From: a virus
Direction: 5' to 3' (one strand)
Virus record (IMG/VR): IMGVR_UViG_3300045988_154892
Length of the DNA: 64,000 bases
Part shown: piece after piece, positions 35,375-44,801 of the stretch
Layout of the letters: every line of letters starts with the position of its first letter
Position numbering within the stretch: the stretch's first letter is position 1
Position numbers and translations under genes: made by a program
Notes under the pieces: model-generated
Told to the model about the DNA's origin: nothing
The model's database searches: none
Seen by the model: the letters and a program-made list of their open reading frames with translations, nothing else

Positions 35375-36109
35375 TTGAAATACATGGGATCAAAATCTCG
35401 AATATCGAAATATATAATTCCGATTATTCAAAAGAGGATAAAAGATTATAATATAAAAACGTACATAGAGCCGTTCTGTGGTGGATGTAATATTGTTGAT
35501 AAGATTCAATGTGATACGAAGATTGCATCCGATAATCATAAGTATCTTATAGAAATGTTCAAGAATCTAAATCAGATTCAAAGACTTCCAGAGTTTATTA
35601 CAAAAGAACACTATTCAAATGTAAGAGAATGTTTTAATAAAGGTTTAACTACATATCCAGATTGGTATATTGGAGCTATTGGTTTTCTTGCAAGTTACAA
35701 TGGACGCTTTTTCGATGGCGGATACTCAGGTATTGTACATACAAAAGCTGGAACTGAGAGAAATTATTATGATGAAGCAAGAAGAAATTTATTAATGCAG
35801 ATTTCACAGTTAAAAGACATACAGTTCCAATATGGAGATTATGAAGAATTGTATTCAGATAAAATTGATTGTTTACTTTACTGTGATATTCCATATTACG
35901 GGGTAAAACAATATGGTACAAGCAAAAACTTTGATTATGATAGATTTTGGAATTGGGCTGAAAAAATGAGCGAAAAGAATATTATTCTGGTTAGTGAACA
36001 TAAAGCACCTTCAGGATGGGATTGTATTTGGGAACAGGAAGTAAAAAGAACAATTGATAATAACAAGCGTGTAAAAGCAGTAGAAAAATTATTTGAGATA
36101 AGAGAATAA
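35375..36109 (+). CDS. dam: N6-adenine DNA methyltransferase (Dam/D12 class)
   Basis: YMGSKSRISKYI, motif I EPFCGGCNI, motif IV LLYCDIPYYG (DPPY variant). The start is TTG 35375 or ATG 35384. Confidence 0.8.
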   Translation: MKYMGSKSRISKYIIPIIQKRIKDYNIKTYIEPFCGGCNIVDKIQCDTKIASDNHKYLIEMFKNLNQIQRLPEFITKEHYSNVRECFNKGLTTYPDWYIGAIGFLASYNGRFFDGGYSGIVHTKAGTERNYYDEARRNLLMQISQLKDIQFQYGDYEELYSDKIDCLLYCDIPYYGVKQYGTSKNFDYDRFWNWAEKMSEKNIILVSEHKAPSGWDCIWEQEVKRTIDNNKRVKAVEKLFEIRE

Positions 36110-36131
36110 ATAACCAGGAGATGAAGTTGTA

Positions 36132-36455
36132 ATGAAGATATCAGAATTACAAGCAGTTTGTAAGTACGATGACAGTGAAATGGAAGAAGTTAAAAACTGC
36201 CATCCAAAACAGATTGCAAGTGAAGTAATTCCTATTCCAACTTGGAAGATTAAATATAAGTATACAACTGCTCGTGGAAATCCAAAAGAAGCAGTAAAGT
36301 ATATGTTCTTAGATAAGAATGCCTGGGATTCTGTCGATCAGGAATTCATGAATTATATAAAAGAACTTAATGAAAAACATCCGGAAAGAATAGCATCAAA
36401 CGTAGAAATTCTTGACGCAGTTTATTTCGGAAAACTTTATTTAGAACTTGAATAA
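36132..36455 (+). CDS. small protein, paralog of 37961..38317
   Basis: Shares NCHPK/NVHPK, P.WK/P.YK, Y.T..GN.K and N..P motifs with the 118-aa ORF 1.8 kb downstream. Confidence 0.6.
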   Translation: MKISELQAVCKYDDSEMEEVKNCHPKQIASEVIPIPTWKIKYKYTTARGNPKEAVKYMFLDKNAWDSVDQEFMNYIKELNEKHPERIASNVEILDAVYFGKLYLELE

Positions 36456-36650
36456 TAAATATTTTTCAATTGTAATCAAATCCCTGTAATCAGGGTTGTA
36501 TAGCGAGATGGCTTGTATTACCCATGCAGCATAGTGACATGAGGTTAAAACGTAAAATCTTACACCATGACCTAAAATAATTGGTTTCTAAGCATAAGAT
36601 AGACTCCTTTAACTAATTGGTAAAATCCAAAAGTTAAAGGAAGATTACAA
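36456..36650 (+). promoter_or_regulatory. conserved structured leader with RBS-sequestering hairpin (copy 1)
   Basis: Hairpin CCCTG-TAAT-CAGGG followed by GGTTGT (36482-99). AGTGAC (36533-38), CGTAAAA (36551-57), ACACC (36562-66). CCTTTAAC (36606-13) pairs with GTTAAAGG (36633-40), which covers the SD AAAGGAAG. TTG start at 36651. Confidence 0.5.
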
Positions 36651-37697
36651 TTGAATCCGATATTCAATGAATATATCAAATTTTTAAGAGACACTTTTGG
36701 AGAAGAATTACCTTATTTAAAAGAAGGATTCTTTTGGCTTGATAAACAGATTATAAAAGGCTTTGATAGTCAACTTGTAGAACATAAATTTTACAGAGTT
36801 AAAGTATCAGATAACCTAAAAAAAGTAGAAATTCTAAAATTAAAATCTTATGAAGATCCATCTGAAGTTGACATAATAAATTGGAATACGATGGTTAGCA
36901 TCAAAGAGAATCAATTGATAGAACTTGAGCATGAATCCTTATATCTGATACGTGAGAAAATCAAAGACTATAATGCATATACTCCAATAATACCTGTTTC
37001 TATGGGTAAAGATTCTATGGTTACATGTCATTTAGTTCGAAAACTATATCCAAACACAAAAGCAATATTCAATAATACATCACTTGACTGTGCTGATACA
37101 TATAAGATGGTTAAACGATTTCCGAATTGCGAAATTATGAATCCAGACAAAGGATTTTATCAATATGTAAAATCTGATTCTATGATTCCGTCAAGATTTT
37201 CAAGATTCTGTTGTAGGATTTTTAAAGTTGGAGTTATGGTTTCTCAGCTTGATAATAAGCATCCGTATTTAATTTTTATGGGAATGAGAAATGAAGAATC
37301 AAACACAAGAAGCAATTATCAAGATGAATGGGTTAATACTTCCGAATGGGGAGACACATGTTGGCAAGGAATACTTCCTATTAGAAAGTGGACAGAGTTA
37401 GATGTTTGGCTTTATACATTTTGGAGAGATATTGAAGTCAATTCAAAATATAAAAAAGGATATTCAAGAGTTGGATGCCATTGTGCTTGTCCGTATTATG
37501 CGAAGTCAACATGGATTCTTGATAAATATTGGTATCCAAAAGCATATAAAAGATGGAGAGATATTCTAAGAGAAGATTTTATTAACAATCAGAAATGGCT
37601 GATTATGAATTGCACTATCAAAGAGTATCTTACTCAAGCATGGAATGGTGGTGTGTTTAGAAGTGAGCCACACAAGAAGTTATTGATGAATTTGTAG
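36651..37697 (+). CDS. PAPS-reductase-like PP-loop ATPase (IbrA/DUF3440-type), C-terminus in another frame to 37930
   Basis: PP-loop VSMGKDS, plus CCRIFK, GMRNEESNTR and GYSRVGCHCACPY. The frame stops at 37697. An 87-codon Zn-ribbon tail (EVIDEFVEHTGIDKQIALQYF..CCECN..CKKC) is open in the -1 frame over 37667..37930. Confidence 0.7.
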   Translation: MNPIFNEYIKFLRDTFGEELPYLKEGFFWLDKQIIKGFDSQLVEHKFYRVKVSDNLKKVEILKLKSYEDPSEVDIINWNTMVSIKENQLIELEHESLYLIREKIKDYNAYTPIIPVSMGKDSMVTCHLVRKLYPNTKAIFNNTSLDCADTYKMVKRFPNCEIMNPDKGFYQYVKSDSMIPSRFSRFCCRIFKVGVMVSQLDNKHPYLIFMGMRNEESNTRSNYQDEWVNTSEWGDTCWQGILPIRKWTELDVWLYTFWRDIEVNSKYKKGYSRVGCHCACPYYAKSTWILDKYWYPKAYKRWRDILREDFINNQKWLIMNCTIKEYLTQAWNGGVFRSEPHKKLLMNL

Positions 37698-37960
37698 AAC
37701 ATACAGGAATTGATAAACAGATTGCGCTGCAATATTTTAATAAGAAATGTTGTGAGTGCAATAAGAGAATAAAACATAAGGAAGTTCTTTCAATGAACTT
37801 AAAAATACATGGAAGACAAGTTAATAAATTCTATTGTAAGAAATGTTTGATGAAAGAATTCGATTGGACAAAAGAAGATTGGGACAAACAGGTGGAAGCG
37901 TTTAAGGCTCAAGGTTGTGCGTTGTTCTAGGTTTTATTGGTAGAAAGGTGGTGAAAAGTA

Positions 37961-38317
37961 GTGCATCCGAGTGAGTTTTTTAAGAATTGTTCTCTAAGGA
38001 CAGGAATTGATATATTTGAAATCTACGATACAGATTTAAAAGAAAAATTAAAAAATGTGCATCCAAAGAATTTCCTGAAAACAAAAATTACATTGCCAGT
38101 ATATAAAGTCAATTTATCTTATCTTACAGAAAAAGGTAATTACAAAACAGTTGACAGATATGCGGTAATGGATTCAAGTGCAGATGATGAGTATTTTGAT
38201 TTCTGGCTCGATATGTTTATGAGAGATTATAATAATGATAATCCAAATCACAAGATGATAAATTGTGAAATAAACAACATAGAAAGACTTTGCGAAGCTG
38301 TACTACCAATTGGTTAG
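37961..38317 (+). CDS. small protein, paralog of 36132..36455
   Basis: GTG start after AAAGGTGGTG. Shares motifs with the 107-aa paralog. Confidence 0.6.
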   Translation: MHPSEFFKNCSLRTGIDIFEIYDTDLKEKLKNVHPKNFLKTKITLPVYKVNLSYLTEKGNYKTVDRYAVMDSSADDEYFDFWLDMFMRDYNNDNPNHKMINCEINNIERLCEAVLPIG

Positions 38318-38524
38318 CTTTTCACCATATGTATTTAATACCTTTGTGCAGCAAAGGTTGTCACGATGATTTATAGAAGACGGATCATTGGTTAATATAA
38401 ATCGAAAAAGCAATGTGGTAGTGACGTAAAAAGACACCCACGATAAAAATGAATAAGTCTCATTTTTAAAGAGTATGGCTTTACCTCATTGAAATGAAAT
38501 AATTTTCAGTGAGGAAAGTACATA
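38318..38524 (+). promoter_or_regulatory. conserved structured leader with RBS-sequestering hairpin (copy 2)
   Basis: Hairpin CCTTTG-TGCAG-CAAAGG followed by GGTTGT (38341-60). AGTGACGTAAAA (38420-31), ACACC (38434-38). CCTCATTGAAA (38484-94) pairs with TTTCAGTGAGG (38504-14), which covers the SD GAGGAAAG. TTG start at 38525. Confidence 0.5.
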
Positions 38525-39538
38525 TTGGTACAGAAAGCTAATACAATTGAGGAACTATTAAATGATTGTCCTGTAAATCAAACGATTTGTGACAACTTAA
38601 TTCGTGCATGGGTAATTATTAATAATACAAAATATAAGAAAATCATTTGTTCAATCTCAGGCGGTTCTGACAGTGATGTAATGTTAGATATCGTTTGGAG
38701 ATGTGACAAAGATAATAAAGTAGATTATGTGTGGTTTGATACTGGACTGGAATATCAAGCAACAAAAGATCATTTGAAATTTCTTGAAGGAAAATACGAT
38801 ATTGCATTTCATTCTTACAAGGCTATAAAACCTATTCCTACATCTTGCAAGGAATATGGACAACCATTCTTATCAAAACAAGTCAGTGAATTTATCCAAA
38901 GATTACAAAAGTATAACTTTCAATGGGAAGATGAAGATTTTGACACATTATATAAGAAATATCTAAAATGTAAGTCTGCCTTGGAATGGTGGTGTTGCAG
39001 CAAAGGTAACGACAGTTGTTTCAATATTACAAGAAACAAATGGTTGAAAGAATTTATGATTGCAAATCCTCCAACGTTTAATATTTCAAACAAGTGTTGT
39101 AAATATGCAAAGAAAAATGTTGCGCATAACATTGTAAAGTATGGAATAGATGGCAAATTATTTGACTTACAGATTATAGGTATCAGGAAAGCTGAAGGTG
39201 GTGCTAGATCAACAGCATACAAATCATGCTTTGATGATAATAACGACATTGACAATTATAGACCTTTGTTCTGGTATAAAAATTCAGATAAAGAAGATTA
39301 TGAGAAAGCATATGGAATTATTCATAGTGATTGTTACTTGGAATATGGTTTAAAACGTACAGGATGTTGTGGTTGTCCTTATGGAAGAGATTTTGAGAAT
39401 GAATTAGATGTAATTGAGAAGTATGAACCTAAACTATATAAAGCAGTAACGAATATTTTCAAAGATTCTTATGAATATACAAGAAAGTACGTGGAGTTTA
39501 GAAAAATGATGGATGAGAAGGAGAGAATCAAACAATGA
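38525..39538 (+). CDS. PAPS-reductase-like PP-loop ATPase (second, divergent copy)
   Basis: PP-loop SISGGSDS, plus CCKYAKK, GIRKAEGGARS and GLKRTGCCGCPYG. Confidence 0.7.
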   Translation: MVQKANTIEELLNDCPVNQTICDNLIRAWVIINNTKYKKIICSISGGSDSDVMLDIVWRCDKDNKVDYVWFDTGLEYQATKDHLKFLEGKYDIAFHSYKAIKPIPTSCKEYGQPFLSKQVSEFIQRLQKYNFQWEDEDFDTLYKKYLKCKSALEWWCCSKGNDSCFNITRNKWLKEFMIANPPTFNISNKCCKYAKKNVAHNIVKYGIDGKLFDLQIIGIRKAEGGARSTAYKSCFDDNNDIDNYRPLFWYKNSDKEDYEKAYGIIHSDCYLEYGLKRTGCCGCPYGRDFENELDVIEKYEPKLYKAVTNIFKDSYEYTRKYVEFRKMMDEKERIKQ

Positions 39539-39804
39539 GAATATTAGCAGTACATAATGACCATATAAAGAAACCAGATCCAGAAAGAAAGTATGGTTGT
39601 GTTTGTAACAAATGTGGTACAGTATTTATTTTTGCAAGGTCTGAAGCTTGTATTCCAAGATGTATTAACCCAAAACCTAGTCAATGCACAGTTAGATGTC
39701 CAAATTCTAGTTGTCAGAACGTTATGACATTTGATTTGTGTAAGGAATTAAAAACTCTTACAGATGAGAATGATTTTTGCGATTTCTATGCAGATGATAA
39801 ATAA
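39535..39804 (+). CDS. Cys-rich small protein
   Basis: CVCNKCG...CPNSSC. Overlaps the upstream stop by 4 nt. Confidence 0.5.
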   Translation: MRILAVHNDHIKKPDPERKYGCVCNKCGTVFIFARSEACIPRCINPKPSQCTVRCPNSSCQNVMTFDLCKELKTLTDENDFCDFYADDK

Positions 39805-39876
39805 ATATATGAATTTTGGGTTTCATTTATCTTTGCTATTATAACCAAAATAAGGTAATACACTGAGGAATCGACT

Positions 39877-40092
39877 ATGGAAGAAATGATTGAAAAATTA
39901 AAAGAATGGGTTAATAAAAACTATGATCCATATGCATGTGGATTTACACCACAGCGTTCAGAAGGAAATTATTATGATTGTTTCTTTGATGGAGAATCTT
40001 GTGGTACATCGTATGCTGCATATGAAGTAGGACAAATCTTAGGTTTAGAGCTTGCTCCACCAGAAGATGACGGAGAGAATAATGAATATTAA
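39877..40092 (+). CDS. hypothetical acidic protein
   Basis: ORF track. TGAGGAA SD upstream. Confidence 0.5.
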   Translation: MEEMIEKLKEWVNKNYDPYACGFTPQRSEGNYYDCFFDGESCGTSYAAYEVGQILGLELAPPEDDGENNEY

Positions 40093-40113
40093 TTATTGAA
40101 TGAATGAGCGTGT

Positions 40114-40446
40114 ATGTGGTGGGATTACCATGGTAGACCCAAAATCAAAGAAAAAATATGTTTCTTTAATGACATACAAGAGATTAATATGACACGAAAT
40201 ACAGTCGAACAATGTCATGATTATATAAGGTATAAACCAATCATTACAAAAGATGAAAGAACTCTTTCGTTTTCAGCAAATATATCAAAGATCAATCCAG
40301 CAATTCTTAGCGCTGATCTTTCTAAGACGCCAGATCAAGTTAATATTTTGTATGTCAAGAAAATCCAAGCAAGAAAACATCATAAGAAGAGAATTAATAA
40401 AAAATGGCTTAAACGTTATGGGTACAAAGAGCAGTTGTTTAATTAG
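40114..40446 (+). CDS. hypothetical basic protein
   Basis: ORF track. C-terminal KKIQARKHHKKRINKKWLKRYG. Confidence 0.45.
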   Translation: MWWDYHGRPKIKEKICFFNDIQEINMTRNTVEQCHDYIRYKPIITKDERTLSFSANISKINPAILSADLSKTPDQVNILYVKKIQARKHHKKRINKKWLKRYGYKEQLFN

Positions 40447-40512
40447 GACGATGGAATTGTAAATCAACTGATCAATTTGGTGAAGAATATAAATTTACAA
40501 GAAAGGTAATAG

Positions 40513-40797
40513 ATGATGCTAATTCCGACAGTACCAGCAAAAGAATTTGAAAAATTCGGATTTAAAAAATGTAAAGGAATGCCAAAAGATACAGAGTGTT
40601 ATTATCTTTGTGTAGCACGAGGGTCTAAGATGTTATTTGTTAGTAATATATATTTTGGAGTAAATGATTGGATAAAGGACGATCAAAGAATTCATAAAAA
40701 TGCCAATTGCAGATATAGCGATAAAAGAGATTATCTTGATATTGTTTATGAATTAATTAAAGAAGGTATGTTAAAAAGCAGTTTTTATAAGAGGTAA
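40513..40797 (+). CDS. hypothetical protein
   Basis: ORF track. AAAGGTAA SD upstream. Confidence 0.5.
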   Translation: MMLIPTVPAKEFEKFGFKKCKGMPKDTECYYLCVARGSKMLFVSNIYFGVNDWIKDDQRIHKNANCRYSDKRDYLDIVYELIKEGMLKSSFYKR

Positions 40798-40801
40798 AAC
40801 C

Positions 40802-41110
40802 ATGAAAAACAAATTACTAATATTTTTGTGTGTCAGTATTTTACTATCATTTTCAGGATGTAGAGTAGAATCAGCACAAGCAAATGTAAAAACGAACGAT
40901 ACTGTAACAGTAAAATCTCTTGGAACCGATAATTTAATTAACATTGGTGGATATTTATATTATGATAGTACAACAAAAATCGTGTATTTTTGGAACGGAT
41001 CAATTGGATATGGTCGAGCTTCAACAACACCATCACCATATTTTGCGCCAAATGGTCTTCCATATAAGTATGAACCAGAAACAAATACATTTGTAGAAAT
41101 CACAGAATAG
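40802..41110 (+). CDS. putative lipoprotein
   Basis: Signal peptide MKNKLLIFLCVSILLSFSGC with lipobox LSFSGC. Confidence 0.6.
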   Translation: MKNKLLIFLCVSILLSFSGCRVESAQANVKTNDTVTVKSLGTDNLINIGGYLYYDSTTKIVYFWNGSIGYGRASTTPSPYFAPNGLPYKYEPETNTFVEITE

Positions 41111-41127
41111 TCGAGAGGAAAGAAAAT

Positions 41128-41337
41128 ATGAGAGATCCAAATAGATTATATAATTTTTATAATGAAGTAACAAGATTACACATGACATATAGACCAGATT
41201 GGAGAATTGGTCAATTTTGGGATGGTTTTAAAAAATGGCTGGATGGATGTAAACATATTGATATTTATTATCTGGAAGACAATGAATTGCTTGAATATTT
41301 AAAAGAAATGTGTGGGGAGAAATCGGTAAATGGATAA
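41128..41337 (+). CDS. hypothetical protein
   Basis: ORF track. GAGAGGAAAG SD upstream. Confidence 0.5.
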   Translation: MRDPNRLYNFYNEVTRLHMTYRPDWRIGQFWDGFKKWLDGCKHIDIYYLEDNELLEYLKEMCGEKSVNG

Positions 41338-43294
41338 GATCAAACGAATGAAAGAACTGATTCATGATCTGAATAAGGCATCAAAATCATATTATACTGG
41401 AGAACCTATTATGTCAGATTATGATTGGGATCGAAAATATGAAGAACTATCTCGGTTAGAAAAAGAGTTAGGTATTACTTTGAATGATAGTCCTACCCTG
41501 CATGTTGGATATAAAGTGTCCAAAGAATTAAAAGAAGTACGGCATAATCATTCTATGCTTTCTCTTGATAAAACAAAAAACGTAAATGAACTAAAACAAT
41601 TTGCGGGAAATAAAAATTGTTTTCTGTCTGTCAAATGTGATGGCTTAACTTTATCATTATACTATAAAAACGGTAAATTAATTGCAGCAGAAACCAGAGG
41701 TGACGGTGAAAATGGTATCTCTGTATTAGAGAATGCACTAACAATTCGAAACATTCCACAAACGATCCCATACAAAGATGAATTGATTATTGATGGTGAA
41801 ACTATCATTGGATGGGAAACATTTCGACAAATTAATGAAGATCTTCCTGCAGATAAAAGATATAAACATCCAAGGAATTTAGTTTCTGGATCATTACAGT
41901 TACTAGATAGTTATGAAGCGTCTAAACGTAATATGAGATTTATTGCATGGCGTGTTATTAAAGGATTTTATCATAAATCAGTATCTTTGGACTTAAAAGA
42001 AGCTGAACGAAATGGTTTTGAAGTGGTTCCGATGATTACATATTCAAATAATACCGAAAATAATCTATCAAAACAGCTCGAACAACTTCGTACAATGGCA
42101 GATGAACACAATATTCCATATGATGGAGCAGTTATGGCAGTCGATGATTATAACACTGCAGAGGAAATGGGAAGAACAGACAAATTCTTTCGACATTCTA
42201 TGGCCTATAAGTACGAAGACGAGCTATTTGAAACAGTATTAAGAGGTATTGAATGGAATACTTCCAAAACAGGCCTGATTAATCCTGTAGCAATTTTTGA
42301 TCCTGTAGATATGAATGGAGCAATTACAACCAGGGCAACACTTCATAATATTACATATATTAAAGATATGATGCTTGGAATCGGAGATCGTATTAGAGTA
42401 TATCGTTCTAATATGGTTATTCCAAAAGTACACGACAGTATTGATAAGAGTGGTAAATTTGATATTCCTGATAAATGTCCAGTATGCGGCGAACCAACTA
42501 AAATAATTAAAGAAAACGATTCAGAAGTTCTATGGTGTACAAACCCTGAATGTAAGGGCAAATTACTTGGCAAACTAACTCATGCAGTTAGTAGAAATGC
42601 TCTAAACATTGATGGTTTATCTGAAGCAACAATTCAAAAATTCATTTCTTTAGGATGGTTAAAATCTATCCAAGACATCTATTATCTCACTAAGTACGAA
42701 AAACAAATGAAAACGCTTGATGGTTTCGGTTCGAAATCAGTTTCCAAACTATTTAATTCAATTGAAAAAAGTAGAAATACAACGTTTGATCGTTTTATTT
42801 ATGCGCTTTCTATTCCTCTTGTTGGTAAAACAGCAAGCAAAGCTATTGCAAAAGCTGAAGCTTATCAGTTCGAAAATTTTATGCGTGATATGACACGTAC
42901 AGGCGCGAAATTCTTTTCATCTATTCCTGGAATTGGAGATTCTATTACTGATTCACTTGATGAATATTTCAATAAAGAATGTAGTAACGTGTGGGAACTT
43001 GGTAAAGAATTTACATTCGAAACGCCAAAGAAAGTATCTCTCAAAACAAGTAGCGGAAAAGATTTGACGGGACAAACATTTGTTGTTACCGGTAGTTTGA
43101 AACATTTCGAAAATCGAGATGCGCTTAAAGAGAATATTGAATCATTGGGTGGGAAAGTATCTGGTTCAATATCGAAGAAGGTTACTGCATTGATCAATAA
43201 TGATGTTAATTCTACGTCAAGTAAAAATACGAAAGCAAAGAGCCTTGGTGTAAAAATCATGAGCGAAGATGAATTCCTAGAATACATCAACTAA
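41330..43294 (+). CDS. ligA: NAD-dependent DNA ligase
   Basis: Adenylation motif VKCDGLT (KxDG). Zn finger CPVCGEPT...CTNPEC. HhH region. C-terminal BRCT-like GQTFVVTGSL... Confidence 0.9.
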   Translation: MDKIKRMKELIHDLNKASKSYYTGEPIMSDYDWDRKYEELSRLEKELGITLNDSPTLHVGYKVSKELKEVRHNHSMLSLDKTKNVNELKQFAGNKNCFLSVKCDGLTLSLYYKNGKLIAAETRGDGENGISVLENALTIRNIPQTIPYKDELIIDGETIIGWETFRQINEDLPADKRYKHPRNLVSGSLQLLDSYEASKRNMRFIAWRVIKGFYHKSVSLDLKEAERNGFEVVPMITYSNNTENNLSKQLEQLRTMADEHNIPYDGAVMAVDDYNTAEEMGRTDKFFRHSMAYKYEDELFETVLRGIEWNTSKTGLINPVAIFDPVDMNGAITTRATLHNITYIKDMMLGIGDRIRVYRSNMVIPKVHDSIDKSGKFDIPDKCPVCGEPTKIIKENDSEVLWCTNPECKGKLLGKLTHAVSRNALNIDGLSEATIQKFISLGWLKSIQDIYYLTKYEKQMKTLDGFGSKSVSKLFNSIEKSRNTTFDRFIYALSIPLVGKTASKAIAKAEAYQFENFMRDMTRTGAKFFSSIPGIGDSITDSLDEYFNKECSNVWELGKEFTFETPKKVSLKTSSGKDLTGQTFVVTGSLKHFENRDALKENIESLGGKVSGSISKKVTALINNDVNSTSSKNTKAKSLGVKIMSEDEFLEYIN

Positions 43295-43311
43295 GAAAGA
43301 AGGTGAAAAAT

Positions 43312-43557
43312 ATGAATGATCATAAAATTAGAATCTGTCTTAGAACAGTAAACAACGCTAGTCTATTCGTTGCCAAGTGTGGAGAATATAAAGATTGGGA
43401 TATCAATTATATTCACGGAAGACTTGTTCTTGATGCTAAATCTCTGATGGGCGTACTAAGCGTTGCCATTGACGCACCTGCGTATGTAGAGATTTTAACA
43501 TATGATGAAAAAGTTCTTGAAAATTTTAAAAATGATATGACATTATGGGAGGTATAA
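43312..43557 (+). CDS. HPr/Crh-like small protein lacking His15
   Basis: LDAKSLMGVLSVAI matches the HPr Ser46 region (KSIMGVMSLG). The His15 region reads RTVNNASLFV with no His. ATG 43312 lies 6 nt after AGGTG; the track gives GTG 43303. Confidence 0.55.
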   Translation: MNDHKIRICLRTVNNASLFVAKCGEYKDWDINYIHGRLVLDAKSLMGVLSVAIDAPAYVEILTYDEKVLENFKNDMTLWEV

Positions 43558-43559
43558 AA

Positions 43560-44237
43560 ATGGGAACAATTACAATTTTACCAGAAACACCAAAAGATCC
43601 ACTTGCATTAATTGGCAGAAGAGCTGGCATTTGTTGGAATGCTGATATTACAAACGAAGAAAAAAATATCAAACGAGGTATTGATTGTATTAAATCAGGA
43701 CATGGAAGAACACTTGAATTTGTAGATGTTCATATGATTATTGATGGATTTTCTGCGAGGGTTATGCGCGAATATTATCGTCATGTCGGCGGTATGACAC
43801 CATATTTACAGGCATCTACTAGATATATCAATTATAAAGACTTTGATATTATTGTACCAAAATCAGTCAAAAAAGATACAGATGCTTTGGTTGAATTTAA
43901 CGCAACTACTCGTCAGCTTAGAGATTCACTCGTCAAGCTTCAAAATATGGGTGTCCCAAATGAGGATGCAGCGAATCTTCTTCCACTTGGTATGACGACA
44001 AAATGTGTAGAAAAACGTAATCTTAGAAATCTGATGGATATGAGCCATGTAAGAAAATGTAGTCGTGCATATTGGGAATTTAGACAAGAACTATTTCCTA
44101 CCATTGAGAATGCATTAAAAGATTATTCTGAACAGTGGGTATGGATTGTTGATGAACTATTTAAACCAAAATGTGAGGTAATGGGATATTGCGATGAAAC
44201 AAAATCATGTGGAAGAAAACCAAAACGAGAGGAGTGA
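43560..44237 (+). CDS. thyX: FAD-dependent thymidylate synthase
   Basis: GHGRTLEFVDVHMIIDGFSARVMREYYRHV...QASTRY is the ThyX signature. ATG 43560 follows GGGAGG. Confidence 0.8.
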   Translation: MGTITILPETPKDPLALIGRRAGICWNADITNEEKNIKRGIDCIKSGHGRTLEFVDVHMIIDGFSARVMREYYRHVGGMTPYLQASTRYINYKDFDIIVPKSVKKDTDALVEFNATTRQLRDSLVKLQNMGVPNEDAANLLPLGMTTKCVEKRNLRNLMDMSHVRKCSRAYWEFRQELFPTIENALKDYSEQWVWIVDELFKPKCEVMGYCDETKSCGRKPKREE

Positions 44238-44243
44238 TTCCTT

Positions 44244-44801
44244 TTGCACACACTATATTGTATCCTTGGTAGAACTTCTTCTGGCAAGTCCTCTATTACC
44301 AAAGAAGCTGCTAAGAAATTAAATATGACGGTTCTTAAGTCTTATACAACCAGATCGATGCGACCAGGCGAAACAGTTGATAATTCAGATCATATTTTTA
44401 TTTCACCTAATGACGTTGAAAAATATAAACCAAACATGGTGGCATATACAGATCGAGTTGGATATTGCAGTTTTGCAACAAAAGAGCAAATCTTAAATTC
44501 TAATTTCTATATCATTGATCCAGTCGGATTATATACTCTTAAACTCAAAACAAGAGATATAGATGTCCGTCTAGTATCTATCTATGTTACAACCCCATAT
44601 ACAACTGCAGAAGAACGTGCAAAGAAACGTGGTGACTATGATTCATGGAAACAGAACTATGCTGCAGAAAATGATTCGTTCAGCAATTTTGAAAAATCTA
44701 ATCTAATTGATTATCGTATTCTCAATGACAGGTCATTGGAAACTTCTGTAGAAAAAATGATAAACATTATTCGAAAGGATTGGAATAAAAGCAATGTATA
44801 G
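44244..44801 (+). CDS. guanylate-kinase-like (d)NMP kinase
   Basis: P-loop GRTSSGKSS and SYTTRSMRPGE..D...F motif. Confidence 0.65.
   Translation: MHTLYCILGRTSSGKSSITKEAAKKLNMTVLKSYTTRSMRPGETVDNSDHIFISPNDVEKYKPNMVAYTDRVGYCSFATKEQILNSNFYIIDPVGLYTLKLKTRDIDVRLVSIYVTTPYTTAEERAKKRGDYDSWKQNYAAENDSFSNFEKSNLIDYRILNDRSLETSVEKMINIIRKDWNKSNV

Noticed and set aside
35327-35452. 41-codon ORF starting at ATG 35327, next to AAAGGAG and upstream of or overlapping the Dam gene.
   Set aside because: The SD-to-ATG spacing is only ~1 nt, and the ORF overlaps the methyltransferase in another frame.
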